Below are positions 14,704 to 28,337 of a stretch of DNA of 64,000 nt, piece by piece. Source of the stretch: Octopus bimaculoides (Eukaryota); contig NC_068991.1 in NCBI RefSeq assembly GCF_001194135.2, positions 75,614,696-75,678,695 of the forward strand. The letters run 5' to 3'. The stretch's first letter is position 1, and the number at the start of each line of letters is the position of its first letter. The translations under genes were made by a program, and so were the position numbers. A model generated the notes under the pieces. The model was not told the origin of the DNA, made no database searches, and was given only the letters and a program-made list of their open reading frames with translations.

Positions 14704-15069
14704 GACAAAACATTAATATGCGAGACGAAAGAAAATTCTGAGGGGGATGAACCAAAGGAGTCGAAGATAACGTATGTGTTATGTCGAAAGCAGCTGTTGA
14801 ATGGCTCAGGTAAAAATGTTGGAAGTCTCTGTAGACACAGAATCTTTTACATTAGAGAATTTCGTTTTGTTAATGACGTGCATCCTTTGTTTATATTCAT
14901 GTTTCAGACGCTGATGTTCGTGTAACCATTGTATACTACGATGAACTTAATAGGAATTCTCTCGAAAAGCCAGGCTCCGGAGATCATACGTGTGTGTGTG
15001 TGTATGTCTGTGTGAATGTATGCATGCATGCATGTATGTCTTATGTATGTACGTACATACATGTGTGTG

Positions 15070-15155
15070 TAAGTCATTATTCAGTTTTATTTCAAGATTT
15101 CTTGCCCATAGAGAAAGAGCCGGTTTCTAACCCAGATCCAAGGCAACTTCATTGA
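15070..15155 (+). repeat. Unclassified dispersed repeat, second copy at 18890-18990, both next to (TATG)n
   Basis: gtcattattcagttttatttcaagatttcttgcc...gaaagagccggtttctaacccagatccaa is shared by both copies. Confidence 0.75.
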
Positions 15156-15593
15156 AATATATATGTATGTCTGTAAATATGTATGTATGTATGCATGTAT
15201 GTATGTATGTATGTACGTACGTATGTATGTATGTATGTATGTATGTATGTGTGTGTGTATGTATGTATGTATGCATGTATATATGTATTTATGTATGTGT
15301 GTATGTATGTATATATGTGTGCGTGCATGAATGTGGCGGTTTCTGTAAAATTTTTCTCGATACTATATTTTTCTCACATATTCACGCATTATTCATTTTC
15401 TAGGTATCGAGTTGAGGAATCAAATTTCCAGAATATTCCAGTTGCGAAGCATACTTCTAATGACTCAGTCATGATTTGCACATAATATCTGGAGTACATA
15501 TTAAACTAGAGATTGCGTGAAATGAAAATTCTGGTATTCCACGAAAACAAACGTGGCCCGTGTTCGATTTCCGGAGTGGGAACGCTAAGCTAA

Positions 15594-15757
15594 AGGCGCA
15601 GGAGCGGCTATGTCGTAAGAAGCTTGCTTCCCAACCACATGGTCCTAGGTTCAGTTCCACTGCGTGGCACTTGGGCAAGTATCTTCTACTATATCCTAGG
15701 GCCGACCAAAGCCTTGTAAGTGGATGTGATAGACGGAAACTGAAAGAAGCCAGTAGT
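15594..15757 (+). mobile_element. tRNA-derived SINE family S1, near full length
   Basis: aggcgcaggagcggctatgtcgtaagaagcttgcttcccaaccacatggtcctaggttcagttccactgcgtggcacttgggcaag; CORE-like cttgggcaag motif. Confidence 0.9.
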
Positions 15758-16047
15758 ATATATATATACAATATAAATCCCATTCTATATGTGGGGGGAT
15801 GTGTGTAAAGTATTATAATGGTCGTATTTTTCAACTGATTTTCTCCAAACTGGGAACATACATTACTTATAATCCAGGGATGGTTTTAATCTCTTCAAAG
15901 TTCTGACATACTAAGTAACGGGCCCTATGAGGGCATAAAACACCTGTTCCTGGGTTACGTTGGAAGGAATGTTACTCTTTACGAAGTGACTTTCAGAATT
16001 TGATTGTCTCCCTTACATCCATCGCTCAAAAAATTATCACAATCACA

Positions 16048-17196
16048 TCTAATATATAAAATAGAGATGTGTATGTATTCCCTTTTCACGCGAAAACGGC
16101 TTCACCAATTGTTTCCATACTTGTGATGTGTGAATAATTTAATCTCGGACACATGTTAAGCTCTGTATTTAATTTTTTATCAAAAATATAGAAATATTGC
16201 TTTTTATATTAGATTCACGTCTTTGATAGTTTTAAAAAATGCTTGCTTCCAGTTTTCTAGTGTCATTGATGTCTATAACTCTTGATATATATCTCCCTAT
16301 CCATCTCTCTCTATCTCCCTATCCATCTCTCTCTATCTCTCTATCCATCTCCATGTCTATATCTATCTATCTCTCTTTATCTGTCTATCTATATCTATCT
16401 TATTCGCTCTTTCTCTCTCCATCTCTCTATATCTCAGTCATTCTCTATTGTTTTCACTTTCATTTTTCAGACGTTATTGTTTTCCCTTTAAGTTTAATCG
16501 CTATTGTTTTCACTGTAAGTTTTTAATCGCTATTTACAAACAACAACATCAACAAATTACTGACAGAAAGAAATTCACAATTACTGATGCAAGTAATTTC
16601 ATACATAAATTAATGACAGAAGTAACTACAGAAATTTCACTTCAATCCGTACACTTCGTAAAATTTGCCTACAAATTTCTTATTTACTTCTGCAACGTTT
16701 TGCGGTTTTTTTGTTGTTGACGGAAGTCAGTTCATAATTCACTGACAGAAGTAACTTCAAAAATTTCACTTAAATTCGTACACTTAGTTAATTTCCCTAA
16801 AAGTGATTTAACTGAGACAGGATTCATGCAAACTTTCAAGATCCAAGGTCAGATTTATCATTGGATTGCTTCTCTACTACCTCTGTTACCCAGTTATTTT
16901 CACCAAAATCGGCCTTTCATTATTCATAATCCGTACCGCATTTTTAGTTACGAAATAAGCTACACAAAACATGTTTATGAATTAACTGTATCTACTTTAC
17001 ATACACATATGAGTTGAAAACTTCCTTTTAACATTTTATTTAACGTCTATGTTCCATGCTGGCATAGGTTGGAGAGGAAAACTGATGTTGAAAGTAGGTA
17101 TCTCAGATACTAGAAGTTGAGATCTGCGTAATCTAGACGGCGTTTTTAAATTTCATTATTGTCTTTAACCCGGGAAACACCGAGTATTTCTGCTAG
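16048..17196 (+). mobile_element. Non-autonomous Helitron (1149 bp)
   Basis: Starts with TC after an A (a|TCTAATATATAAAA). Ends with an imperfect hairpin cccgggaaacaccgag then CTAG before a T. Internal 16826-16885 encodes MQTFKIQGQIYHWIASLLP, a Helitron Rep/helicase motif. Confidence 0.85.
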
Positions 17197-19177
17197 TATA
17201 TGCGAAATAATTAAAAGAATAAAAGAATGGGTATTCTGAACATCTTATGACAAAGAAAACATTTTAGTCTTTCAAAAAACTAATTCTGTATAGTCAGTCA
17301 TAAATTTAGCAGTCATAAATTAGGCTAACACCTTAGTGGTTAACTTAATTTGTATATTTGTACTTTTGATAGCTTGTCATCTTATATCATGTTACGTGTA
17401 TTTTCATAGTCTCTTACTAACCAATGCCTTTAGAGTTAAATATCTTTAACATTGTCATGTACAATTTATTCTGCCAGTAGCAGTTGAAAACAGTGAACAC
17501 TTACATATGTATATCGACATCTTATTCTTATAGCCAGCTGTGAATTTTCTCTCAGATATAATAATATGTTTGGCAGGTATAATGTGATAATGTGTGAATC
17601 CTGACGTTCACGTATAATCAAATTTCCTCTGCCATATTGATAATAGTATCCTTTTAAGTCCCAAATACTTCGACATTAAATAATATCGTTGATAAAGTAC
17701 TTAACAGCACAGTAGATATCTATTAGTGGATGAAAAAAATGTTCCATTGAAGTAGTTTTCGCTATAAAAACAATTTCTAATCTACTCCAAACATTTGAAT
17801 AAATTTACAAGAACCTATTCATTAGGAACTTGAAATTCTTCGAATAAGATTGTTCCTAAACTATTTTCCCTTAATCTTTGTGTTCTTATTTCTTTTCACC
17901 ACTCTATTATATTGCAGCTTAGCAATATTCTCACACCTAATGATGTATTTCTTTGTTATAGCCCCACTTCAAGACAAAACAAAATGTTAAAAAAAAAACC
18001 CCAAACATTCATTCATTATCTGGTTAATCATCCGCGCATTCATCCACGCCTTCATCCACTCTGACTTCCATTTTTATTAAGTTATTTTTATCATATCTGT
18101 CTTTTATTCTGCCTTCATTTATTTCTGTTTTCTGCTCTGTTCGAATACAGTGTGCACATATATTTATATCACTTTTCATCTGGTCCTCGAATCCGGTCAC
18201 ATTTCGATTGTTGCGTTTGTCACGTACACGAAGACTCTCCTCTTATTCACGCATTATTCATTTATTTGATATTATTTTCACCAGAAATATTTTCCAGCTC
18301 TCACTCTTTGATTTTAATGCATTTCATTTTACTTCAAAGTTGTAAATTTGACGAGCGGGAAGCGTAAATATTTACGGTATTATTAAAAAAAAATTGTAGA
18401 TGGTCTTTCTTTAATTTTCATGCCCAAATATCGTCTTAGCGAGTTTTTTTTGTGTATTCGTATATCCGTATATCTGTATTATACTATCTTTATATATAGG
18501 CTTATGTTGAAGATATCCAAAGTGTGCTATATTATATTTCGTTGATGTCCGTTTCAGTTTCAAATCCAAGCAGATTTGAAGAGACATTCATTCCTAAGGT
18601 TCTATTCTATAGATTAGAATGAGCACCAAAATGACAACCTGCAGTTATAGTGTTCTGATTTAAATATGAGAATGACTTCAATGCTTACCTGATGATCTAG
18701 GGCTACGATCTAAGACGGACAACTTCCTGACGAGCCAGCAAGGACATTCATTTAGCTCATCATACCTGTCTTCAGGAAATGTTTCAGTCAATATTGTATG
18801 TGATTAAAATCTTTGGTACAAAAACAGAACTATCTCATGTATGTATGTATGTATGTATGTATGTATGTATGTATGTATGTATGTATGCATGTCATTATTT
18901 AGTTTTATTTCAAAATTTCTTGCCAAAAAAGAAAGAACCGGTTTGTAAACTAGATCCAAATGTCCACCATAGGAATTTCAACATCAACAAGTTATGTATG
19001 TATGTATGTATGTATGTATGTATGTTTGTATGTATATGTGCAGATCTGTATATTTCGTTTTATGTATATATTCTCATGCATATAGTTGCATGTCGAGATA
19101 TACTCACATATACTTAAATGATAAACTGGAAAGTTTTACAGATTTTTACAGTTCCAGTGATGGACTGGATCTCTATG

Positions 19178-19211
<34 letters not shown>

Positions 19212-21112
19212 TGTACGTACGTACGTACGTACGTACGTATGTAAGTATGTATTTATGTATCTATGTATGTATGCGCGTACGTATGTACGTATGTATCCAT
19301 CTAGCTGTCTGTCTGTCTATGCATTGTATACTTGTATATAACATGTCTTTGCATATATCGAGACATACACACACACATATATATGTATGTATATATCAAT
19401 CTTTGTATAAATATATGTACACACACGCACACACACACATACACACATACATAAACTAGTCTACTTTCCTGCAGTTTTTATATATCGTTTGTGCTACAAG
19501 ACACAGAACATAAAGGAAAACATTAATGTGAAATTGTTTAAGAGATAACCTTAATTCTCCATCTAATCATCCAAAACTGCATGGAAATACAAATACAAGG
19601 AAAGATAAAAATTCTCGGGTTATAAAAACTATAACATTACATTTGAGTACAATAAATAAGAAAAATAGTTTACAGCTACGGTAAAAAGTCTGCGCTGCAT
19701 TTGATGTTTTGATCCATAATATCTGCATCACATTCTCTGTAGCAAAACTGAAAACCTTTTTCAATGAATTATAGCAATAAACACTTCGTAGACGTCTGAG
19801 GATTTCCTTTGCGGAATTTGAAAATATCATGCCTAAGATTCCAAACACGAGATGTCTGGAAGCAAGTTTAGCCAACAATGCGAATATAAGTAAAAGAAAC
19901 CTTAGATATATGTATAATGCAATTCATATTCAATGCGTGAAGCTATAAAAAACGTATAATGAGAAAGGAAATCAAAACTTTATAGATTTCCAGATTTATT
20001 TCTCATAAATATACTTTAAAGAGAGGATATCTCTAAAGGTTTCAATAGGTTTTCTATAATTATTCTCCATAATTTGATTCAAATGAAAGCAGAATGTGTA
20101 CACTCTTGCTTACACAAAGAGATCTTTTGTTTAGATAGGCTTTCCTTTCGAACGAAAATATGGATAGATTATATATTCCACCTTAATATTTTAATGGCAT
20201 TTATTGTATAGACTCTCAAGCAATGAAAAACCTATTCGATCCATACACAAATGAAACCAGAGACGTGACTAAAACAAATAAATAATCCTATCTCTTCCTA
20301 TCTATATCTGCACATATTTGTTCATCTCGGACTCCACGTAAGTAATAAGCTATAATGAAGGACATCAGTAACAGATACGCAAATACGTACAGAAAGCAAA
20401 ATAAAATAAGAACCCCCACACACACATGTATATTGGTTGCTATCAAATCCTTAGCAAAATAAGTGTGTTCTCTATTTTATGCGTAAATATCGAATAAAAA
20501 AACAGACAAACGAAGGGAAAGCATAGATCGAATGACCGTATTACTTCAAAGGTAATACTACATAAAAGAGGCTATTAACACTGAAAAAAATTTAGTCTCT
20601 ACCAAAAATGCAAAATATTAAAAACAAAGAAAGTAAAATGGATTTTTATGTTTGATAACTTCAAGAGGAACATGAGTATAGCATTCTAAAAAAATTATAT
20701 GAGTCTAATAATAAATAATAATAACGCATTTGAAAGAATTCAGAAAGTTGGGCCTCCAGCCAGGCCTTTCGTGATACCCTTAAAACTAAGAACGTTTCAG
20801 CTCTTCCTCTCTTCCTCCTGTATATATATATCGAAATAGAAAGACATATGCAGTAGAATAAAATCAGGTGATATATCACAGATCATAGAAACACTGGCGC
20901 TCATGAACAAATCTCTACGGATGTACAGTGACATAGCTGAAATACAACCTTCTATAATAATGCGAAAATTGCAGATAACAATAGCTGCCATTTTGAGGTT
21001 GGAATTTTGAATCACTTGAAAGGGAAAGAGTTATATTTGAATTCGTCTTGTACTACATGTGTGGCGAAACTTTTTTGAAAACCAGTGGATAGATTCCACT
21101 GAAATTAGATAA

Positions 21113-21259
21113 ATAACCTTCGAGCAGATAGTCAGCAGCGCCGCCTGGCTAAGGCTTGGCTACTCTGCATTGACAAGGGGCAACACCCTGAAACTAGTCT
21201 AGTCTGCAGATGCCAAACCAGCAGGGGGACACTGCTGACCTCCCCTGTTCGAAGGTTAT
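21113..21259. mobile_element. MITE-like element, 147 bp, GC-rich
   Basis: TIR ataaccttcgagcag / ctgttcgaaggttat (14/15 match) plus subterminal gtcagcag / ctgctgac; can be read as having a TA target-site duplication. Confidence 0.7.
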
Positions 21260-22039
21260 AAAGGACACAGGTTTCGTGTGTCACATAGCTAGCTAGAGGC
21301 GATGGCTTCTTGGAGCTAATTCACGGCAGCTTTCGTCCTAATTTTGGGACTGCCATGTTGGCTTNNNNNNNNNNTATATATATATATATATATATATATT
21401 CTGTGGAAACTTTTGAGTAGGAGATTATGATTTTTTAATATTTGTATTTTGCATATTTTACATATTTTTACGGAGAAAAAGTAAAATGCTTGAAAACATT
21501 TTTTAAGAAGTCTGTTTAAGCAATCAATATCTTCTGAATTGTTTGGATGGCAGCAACTTATGTTTTATTTATAGCAAGTTATTCAGAAAATGTAAAATTA
21601 ATGAATATATAATACTGAACTACGAATCTTTGACATGAAAATGGAGGCGTCTAGATACTTATTTAAAAGTATTGTTTTGTTATTGAAGATGTTACAGAGG
21701 AATTGACATAAATAAAATTATTTGTGGAAGTATATTTAAACAATTATTGATATGAATTATTTGTTAGAAAAACAATTGAAAAATAACAGTTAATATATAA
21801 GATTGTTCTTTAGAAGTAATATAAAAGTATTTAATGTTTTTAAAGCAGACATCATAAAAATAATATTTATAAATCAAATGTACGTTAATGATGATAAAGA
21901 AGAAAAGTAAACAGTTATAAAAAGTCCAAAAAGAACATATTTTAGTTCTTTTAAGACAATGGCGTATAATTTATACAACTGTTATATTTCGTTCTTTTAA
22001 CAGCAATGCATGCAGTACTGGTTCATGACACTTGACTAA

Positions 22040-22188
22040 GGTGGTGAGACGGCAGAATCGGTAGTACTCCGGGCGAAATACGTCGTAACATTTCGTGTGT
22101 GTTTACGTACTGATTTCAAATTTCCCCGAGGGCGACTTTGCCCTTCATCCTTTCGGGGTCGATAAAATAAGTACCAGTTAAGTACTGT
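22040..22188 (+). mobile_element. SINE family S2 copy with head
   Basis: ggtggtgagacggcagaatcggtag...ccgagggcgactttgcccttcatcctttcggggtcgataaaataagtaccagt. Confidence 0.85.
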
Positions 22189-23702
22189 CTTTTGCGGAGT
22201 AAAACGTTAAGAAATGAGTATCGTCGAGTTGTCACCTGTGCTATAACGTACACTGCCACATAGAGAAACCGAAATGCATTGCAAAATAATGCGACTAACT
22301 TCAAAAATGAAACCTAAATAGTAAATAAAAATTAGGCATTTTGTCTTTTGAGTTGTAGTGAAAGACATCTGACGTTTATCAAAGATGAACGTTCAGAATG
22401 ATTCTATATGATACATAACATCATAAATAATTTAGCAATAAAAAATGTATACACGTCACACGAAAGGAGACAGAAGAATAATTTGCCGCGAAGAAGTTTT
22501 TATCGTTGTAAAGCAATATTACTATGCATTTTTTTTTCTATTTCAGCCAATTATTGATTAAAACAAAGCTTGGAGGAAAATTGATGGAATAATTAAATAA
22601 AACTGTACCGATAAGGATTATGTTGCTCGAGGATTACAAGTATTTAAAGAAGAGGAAGAATTTAAATAGAATGGGAAAAACCAACGCGGGAAATTAAAGA
22701 TGTATAAGGTCATGAGTTTCTGGTAATTTTAAGAAACGTCTTATAGAATAAAAAGCAAAATGGAAGAAATCAAGACTCACGCACTCAAGACGAGGTTCAA
22801 AGTAACGAATTGTAAGATCTAATAAGCAGATGAAAAAAGGACAAAAGCTTGTAACGATTTTGAGGTTATATCTCACAAAAGATGAATCATGCTGAATTCT
22901 CAGTCAGAAAACTATGGATATTGATGTGCTTCAAAGTAGGAAAAACTGAAACTTCTGCATCAATGTAAATGTTCATCTCATGTTTGTATGCTTGATTGGT
23001 TTTTATATTTGGTCTGCATGCATTATAAATTAACCCTGACTATGTTGCCATTATTTTCTATTTCACTTGTTATTTTCGCTGCTCCAATATCATTGTAATT
23101 ATTGATATCATTGCAATTTATATTTTTTCCCATTTTTTGATATCGAAAAAGAATCATGCATAAACAAGCATCATGCAACATACAAAATCTTTTTTAATTA
23201 CGCATAAGAATTGAGACGAAACTTCAAAGTGGAAACGCGTTTTCAAAATGAGTTCTATTCACTTGAAAGTTAACTCTGGATGAATGCAATGCAATTTCCT
23301 TTTTCCAGTTATAATTAAAATCTAGAATATATTATATATTTCACGAACAAGGCCTCTATCATTATTTTTTAACGTTTAATTTTCTTTGTTATGTATATAT
23401 CAGAAACAGCTAAATCTTAATATATAATTACTTCTGAGTTTCCAATCGACCTTTTCGATATGCGTATCTACCATTTTATTATTCATATTTCACAAATTTT
23501 CATAATTGAAGCCGCAGAGATCTGCAGACAAACGCATGTCTCACAGAGGTATATGAATGCATCTATGTTTCGTTGTATATGTGTGTGTATGTATGTATTT
23601 ATGTTAACAAGCAAAAATACAAAAATACATACACACCCACACACACTCACGCAACACACTCACATATATATGCATATGCATATATATATATATATATAAA
23701 TC

Positions 23703-23823
23703 TTTCAGAGGAGAAATTCATCTTATAGAGAACCCTTCATCATATATATATATATANNNNNNNNNNNNNNNNNNNATATATACATAATGAAAGGTTTTCT
23801 ATAAGGTGAATTTCTCCTTTGGA
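23703..23823. repeat. Inverted repeat (~40-bp arms) around (TA)n and a gap
   Basis: gaggagaaattcatcttatagagaacccttcatcat versus the reverse complement of the right arm, aaggagaaattcaccttatagaaaacctttcattat. Confidence 0.8.
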
Positions 23824-24004
23824 ACAATTACCCCCAGTAAATTCTTTCTACGTTTGGCTATATAATACCCACACAGACATGCATACGCACATATATAATA
23901 AGACATATGTATGTGCTGCAGATGTTCAATATATCGTTGCTTGATCATTAGTTTTCCCAATTATTCGTATGTAGTCCTATTCATTGTTGTTCTTTGAAAT
24001 ATTT

Positions 24005-24165
24005 TCTTTACTTTTTGTGTGTTAGGGGTTCAAATGTAATCCAACCTGACTACCTGCACCGATTCTTCTATTCACTAAACCATGCAGTTCTTGTAAAGAG
24101 CCGGTTATGAGGACTTCATCGTCAGCATACCTCAGGTTCGCGTTGATCTTGAATTTTGATTAACA
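24005..24165 (-). mobile_element. RTE LINE RT-domain segment (YADD), inverted
   Basis: Minus strand reads INANLRYADDEVLITGSLQELHGLVNRRIGAGSQVGLHLNP*HTK. Confidence 0.85.
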
Positions 24166-24194
24166 AGGTTGCATAACAATAAAAAAAGGTAAAT

Positions 24195-24790
24195 ATCGAA
24201 AGCGTAAAAGAATTTGTCTAGCTGGTATTCTTATTCCCAAAGACTGCAACGACACCCGTGGAATCACGAGAAAACTCGGCATTACCAAGAATGCCATGAT
24301 ATCAATATCAATGAACAGCATATCGGAGAATAAGGCCGTCTCCTTCCGAACAAACAACCGACTTTTCAATTCATTGATGTTTAGCATAACCACAGATGGA
24401 ACTGAATGCTGGATTATAAAGAAAACCTAGAAAAAGAAATTTGAAGCGTTTGAACAATGGTATTTTTGACGTATTCTCCGAATAAGCTGGACGGATAAAA
24501 GAAATAACGAGTTCGGCCTTCCTTAGATAAAGTGCCAGGAAAGTCTGTTAAATACAATCTTGAAAAGAAAATGGACCTTCACCGGCCATATATTTAGAAG
24601 ATAAAATCTTAACATGTTCGTGTTTACTTGTACTGTATATGACGAAAGAACAAGAGACAGACATAAAATTGGATTTAGCGATAGCATCAAAGAAGCTAGT
24701 GGCGAAAGATTTGCAGAACTGTGCAGACTGGCACAGGACAGCCATGGATGGATTGCCGCAGCGGCTGAATTATTTGAGCCTCCTGGCAAG
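24195..24790 (+). mobile_element. RTE LINE ORF2 C-terminal remnant
   Basis: IESVKEFV*L..IPKD..TRGITRKLGITKNAM...GTECWIIKK..KKFEAFEQWYF*RILRISWTDK...ILKRKWTFTGHIFRR...LCRLAQD..GW. Confidence 0.85.
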
Positions 24791-25640
24791 AGAATGAAGC
24801 GAACATTAGTTTTACAGTCGTAAGTATTGACTTTCTAATTGTCAAACAAGTAAACACGAGCGTTTTCTTTGTTATCAGAGACGTGCAAGAAAGATAACAA
24901 CAAGGTTATTATTTTTTTTGTTTGGCAGATTGATTTGAAATGGTTTTTAGGCATTCTATATTGTATCTTGAAATTTTGAACACATATTTCTTTTCTGCAA
25001 AATTACATTTGAAACAGAAGTGTCGAAATTGACCGAGCCAACATCGTGCTATGTTCAGAGTTTAAACAATGTACAATTCAAACATTATCAACGCGTTCAT
25101 TCGAAAATACAACTAAGAAGCTTAAATTAAAAACTGTTCGCTCCACCTAGCCGTAGATAATTTCTCCAATAATCCGCTATTTTATAGAGTATAAGGTCTC
25201 TGAATTATCTTCTTTCCATATAATACTAAAATTCAAATTCCACTTGTTTTAATGTGTGTTTCTCGTTCTTATACTAAACAAAACTTTACCGCAATGAAAT
25301 GTTTCGATTTCTGTACTCTGTGACATAAGTCGTATGACTGCAAAATTCTGGGTGTATCTGACACTTACAAATCTCAAAACAGATGAATTTTATTCCTTAT
25401 CATATCTACATATTATAAAAAAATACTTCCTTCTTTCTGACGACAGAGAAAACGAAAGGAATCCACGAACTCAAACAAAAAGATACGCACACACACAAAT
25501 ATATATATACATACAGACTCACATATACATATATATGTATCCATATGTATATAATATGTATATAAACATATGTATATAACCATATGTATACAATAGATAT
25601 ATTTTTTTGAAAAACAGTATGTCACGAACATTTTGGATAG

Positions 25641-25827
25641 TAAGTTTCGTATTAAATGTATCGTGTGCAAGCACTTTCGTTGTTGAACTTTTGAAAAACG
25701 TGTTTTAAGGTAACTCGTATAGAGGATTTTGTTTTAGTAAAAACAACGTCCTCTATACGGAATAGTATTTGCTTGAAAAGTTGAACAACGAAAGACTGCA
25801 CTCTGTAAACACAATACGAAAACCTTA
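25641..25827. mobile_element. Fold-back palindrome / MITE-like element (~187 bp)
   Basis: Nested inverted arms ctttcgttgttgaacttttgaa / ttgaaaagttgaacaacgaaag and cgtatagagga / tcctctatacg, centred near 25737. Confidence 0.8.
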
Positions 25828-26769
25828 TCACATTTTGTCTGAAAAAAAAAGAAACAATATTTGAATAATGTTTAGATAGTTAAAAAGAAAGGCCTTAAGG
25901 AATTCTTCCATTCTATGTGTGCGCGTGTATGTGTGCGTGTGTGTGTTTAAATCGTCATTAAACCAATTTAATTAAATCAAAGAAGGAAACTAAAAATGCA
26001 CAGAGAATATAATAGAATTAATTAGAATTTAATAGTAAACTCAACATTAAGATTGTTGAAAAGCCACGGAACTCCATCAGATCACAACTATGTAGGACGT
26101 ACCCCTTTGAGAATACCATATACACCAATGATAACTGCATGGTATGTAAGATTAACCGTGGTATTAACTACAGAACTAGAAATACAGTCCATAAGGTGCA
26201 TAAGGTGCATAGAAAGTGATGGTATGAACTAAATTAATGTTGGAACTCTCAGTAAATGAACTTTTATTTAGCAGACTGGTGTTATGAGAAGATATAATTT
26301 GTGAAAGATTCTTTGTGTTGGAGAAGGCAACTCTAAATATATGAGAATTAATGATTGAATAATATCTAGAATTTTATGGAAACTTCTTACTAACCGCTTC
26401 ACGGAATTGCAAAGGAAGATTAGATTTAATTTGCCTTCCACACGAAATAACAAACCAAATAGTTTTGCTAGCTCCAGTCAAATTATAAGTGGTACTATCT
26501 CTAAAGAACGGTGAATTACCTCTAGAGTGAAAAAATGGGCTTAAATAACGGTTGCCTCCCTTACTATGTAAAGGAATTTTATCGTGCTTTGTGTTGTTGT
26601 TAATATTAGAATAAAAATCACTCTTCTTATTACAACTAGATTAGAATTGCCTCTTCTTATTACAACTAGTTCATTTACTGAGAGTTACAACATTTATTTA
26701 GTTAATATCAGCCTTTCCCATAATAATAATAATGATAATAATAATATAGTTTTGGTCTCTTAGAACAAC

Positions 26770-27295
26770 CCCAACAGAATAAAATTTATGTCTAATAATT
26801 TTAAGATTAAGAATTCTATATACCAATGTAAAATTATTTCCGGTACCGATGTCTTTTCCTATATTGGGGCTTCCTCTTCCCAGTTATCTAAGATAATTTC
26901 CAATCATTATTCTTCATTTAGGGATAGTAGTAAACGCAAATGCACAGGACTTAGTAAATTGGTAAAATAGTGTAAAGAACTAAAATAAAAGTATATCTAA
27001 ATAACAGTTTTTTGTTAATACCTTTTGATGTTGTGGTCGACGGAAGCTCTGGCTTTCGTTAGGAGTGGTCCACATAACCAGTCATGATGCAGAGGTTGGG
27101 CGCCGATTCCAGTTCGAGAGTGAATCGTCATCACATGTCGCTTAGTCAAAAATACATGGCATATAGCTGCTATAGAATGCTGTATCATCAACAATGTGAT
27201 TTCTCTAAACAATTTACACAAGTCTCAATACAAATTGCCTTTGTGACTTCCTTCCCCCAGTTTATGCCTTCATCGTAGATGGGTAGATTTGCTAG
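26770..27295 (+). mobile_element. Penelope-like element 3' remnant (GIY-YIG endonuclease and 3' tail)
   Basis: NSIYQCKIISGTDVFSYIGASSSQLSKIISNHYSSFRDSSKRKCTGLSKL matches the pattern IYQ..V....YIG.T...K.R..NH.SSFR...K...T.LSK. 26960-27295 is homologous to 59110-59470. Confidence 0.85.
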
Positions 27296-27802
27296 TATAA
27301 GTAAGAATTGAATTAAGCGTTTCTTCGGTTTGCAGGTTTGAGATCTTGTCCTTCGGTGAATGTGGATAGCCGACAGAAATCCTTGTACCCGATGCTGTTA
27401 AAACCGTTACATGTTATATGAATGAAAAACTTCCTGTGCTTTTGGGGAGGCACTCATAGCTTTCTACTGTGTATGGCCATGAGTTTTTGATTAGTTAGTG
27501 TAGAATTCAGATGGCGTATTCATGCTAATGTTATCTTTCCCTTAGCTCGTAACTCAAAATGACTTATTTGAAATTTTACTTGGTTGATTTCCCGTCAGTG
27601 TCAAGATTAGCAATTATATTGAAATATCTTGTTCTCAACTCTGATTCCAGTGATGTTTATGTTATTAGAGCTAAGATGGACATGTCTAACTGTTATATAC
27701 ACACATTTTGTATACTCTATTCTGTTATACTTTGCATTGAAAGGATATTTTGATGTTGGACTTCAATGCCATTGAAGATGAAAAATTTCCGAGTGGGTAA
27801 TT

Positions 27803-28045
<243 letters not shown>

Positions 28046-28337
28046 TCTTCCACCCAGCTGTATTATCTGCTTCTTAAAACAGTGTGTAACTTGTGAATAG
28101 TTTTCGTCCAGCCAATTTCACTAACAATGTATGGCTCGATTTGAAGATATAGCGAATGAAATTCATCTAAGATGCCAAACAATGACATCGACCCCAGTGT
28201 TTCATGCCCATGTATCAAATTTCTTAATCATTTCCCTATTACGGAGCCTATGCACCCACATGCAGTCACACAGAGACTTGATCAAGGCTTCTCAGTTATA
28301 AATAGGGACTATCTGACGGCTAGCAAAATCTTCTCAC

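Noticed and set aside
18686-18765. Two CUGANGA motifs (cctgatgatc, cctgacgagc)
   Set aside because: No downstream GAAA or stem I/III; the second is one arm of a simple hairpin
19567-19878. 103-aa minus-strand ORF
   Set aside because: No motif recognised; length is compatible with chance
21312-21364. Minus-strand GUCC-CAAAAUUA-GGAC-GAAA, resembling the Schistosoma hammerhead stem II, with an AGCU stem III
   Set aside because: The CUGANGA core is absent (CAUGGCA) and stem I does not pair; it also abuts a gap
27035-27075. Hairpin AAGC-CAGA-GCUU after CUAAYGA on the minus strand (also near 59190)
   Set aside because: No GAAA follows, and it lies in the antisense of the PLE coding remnant
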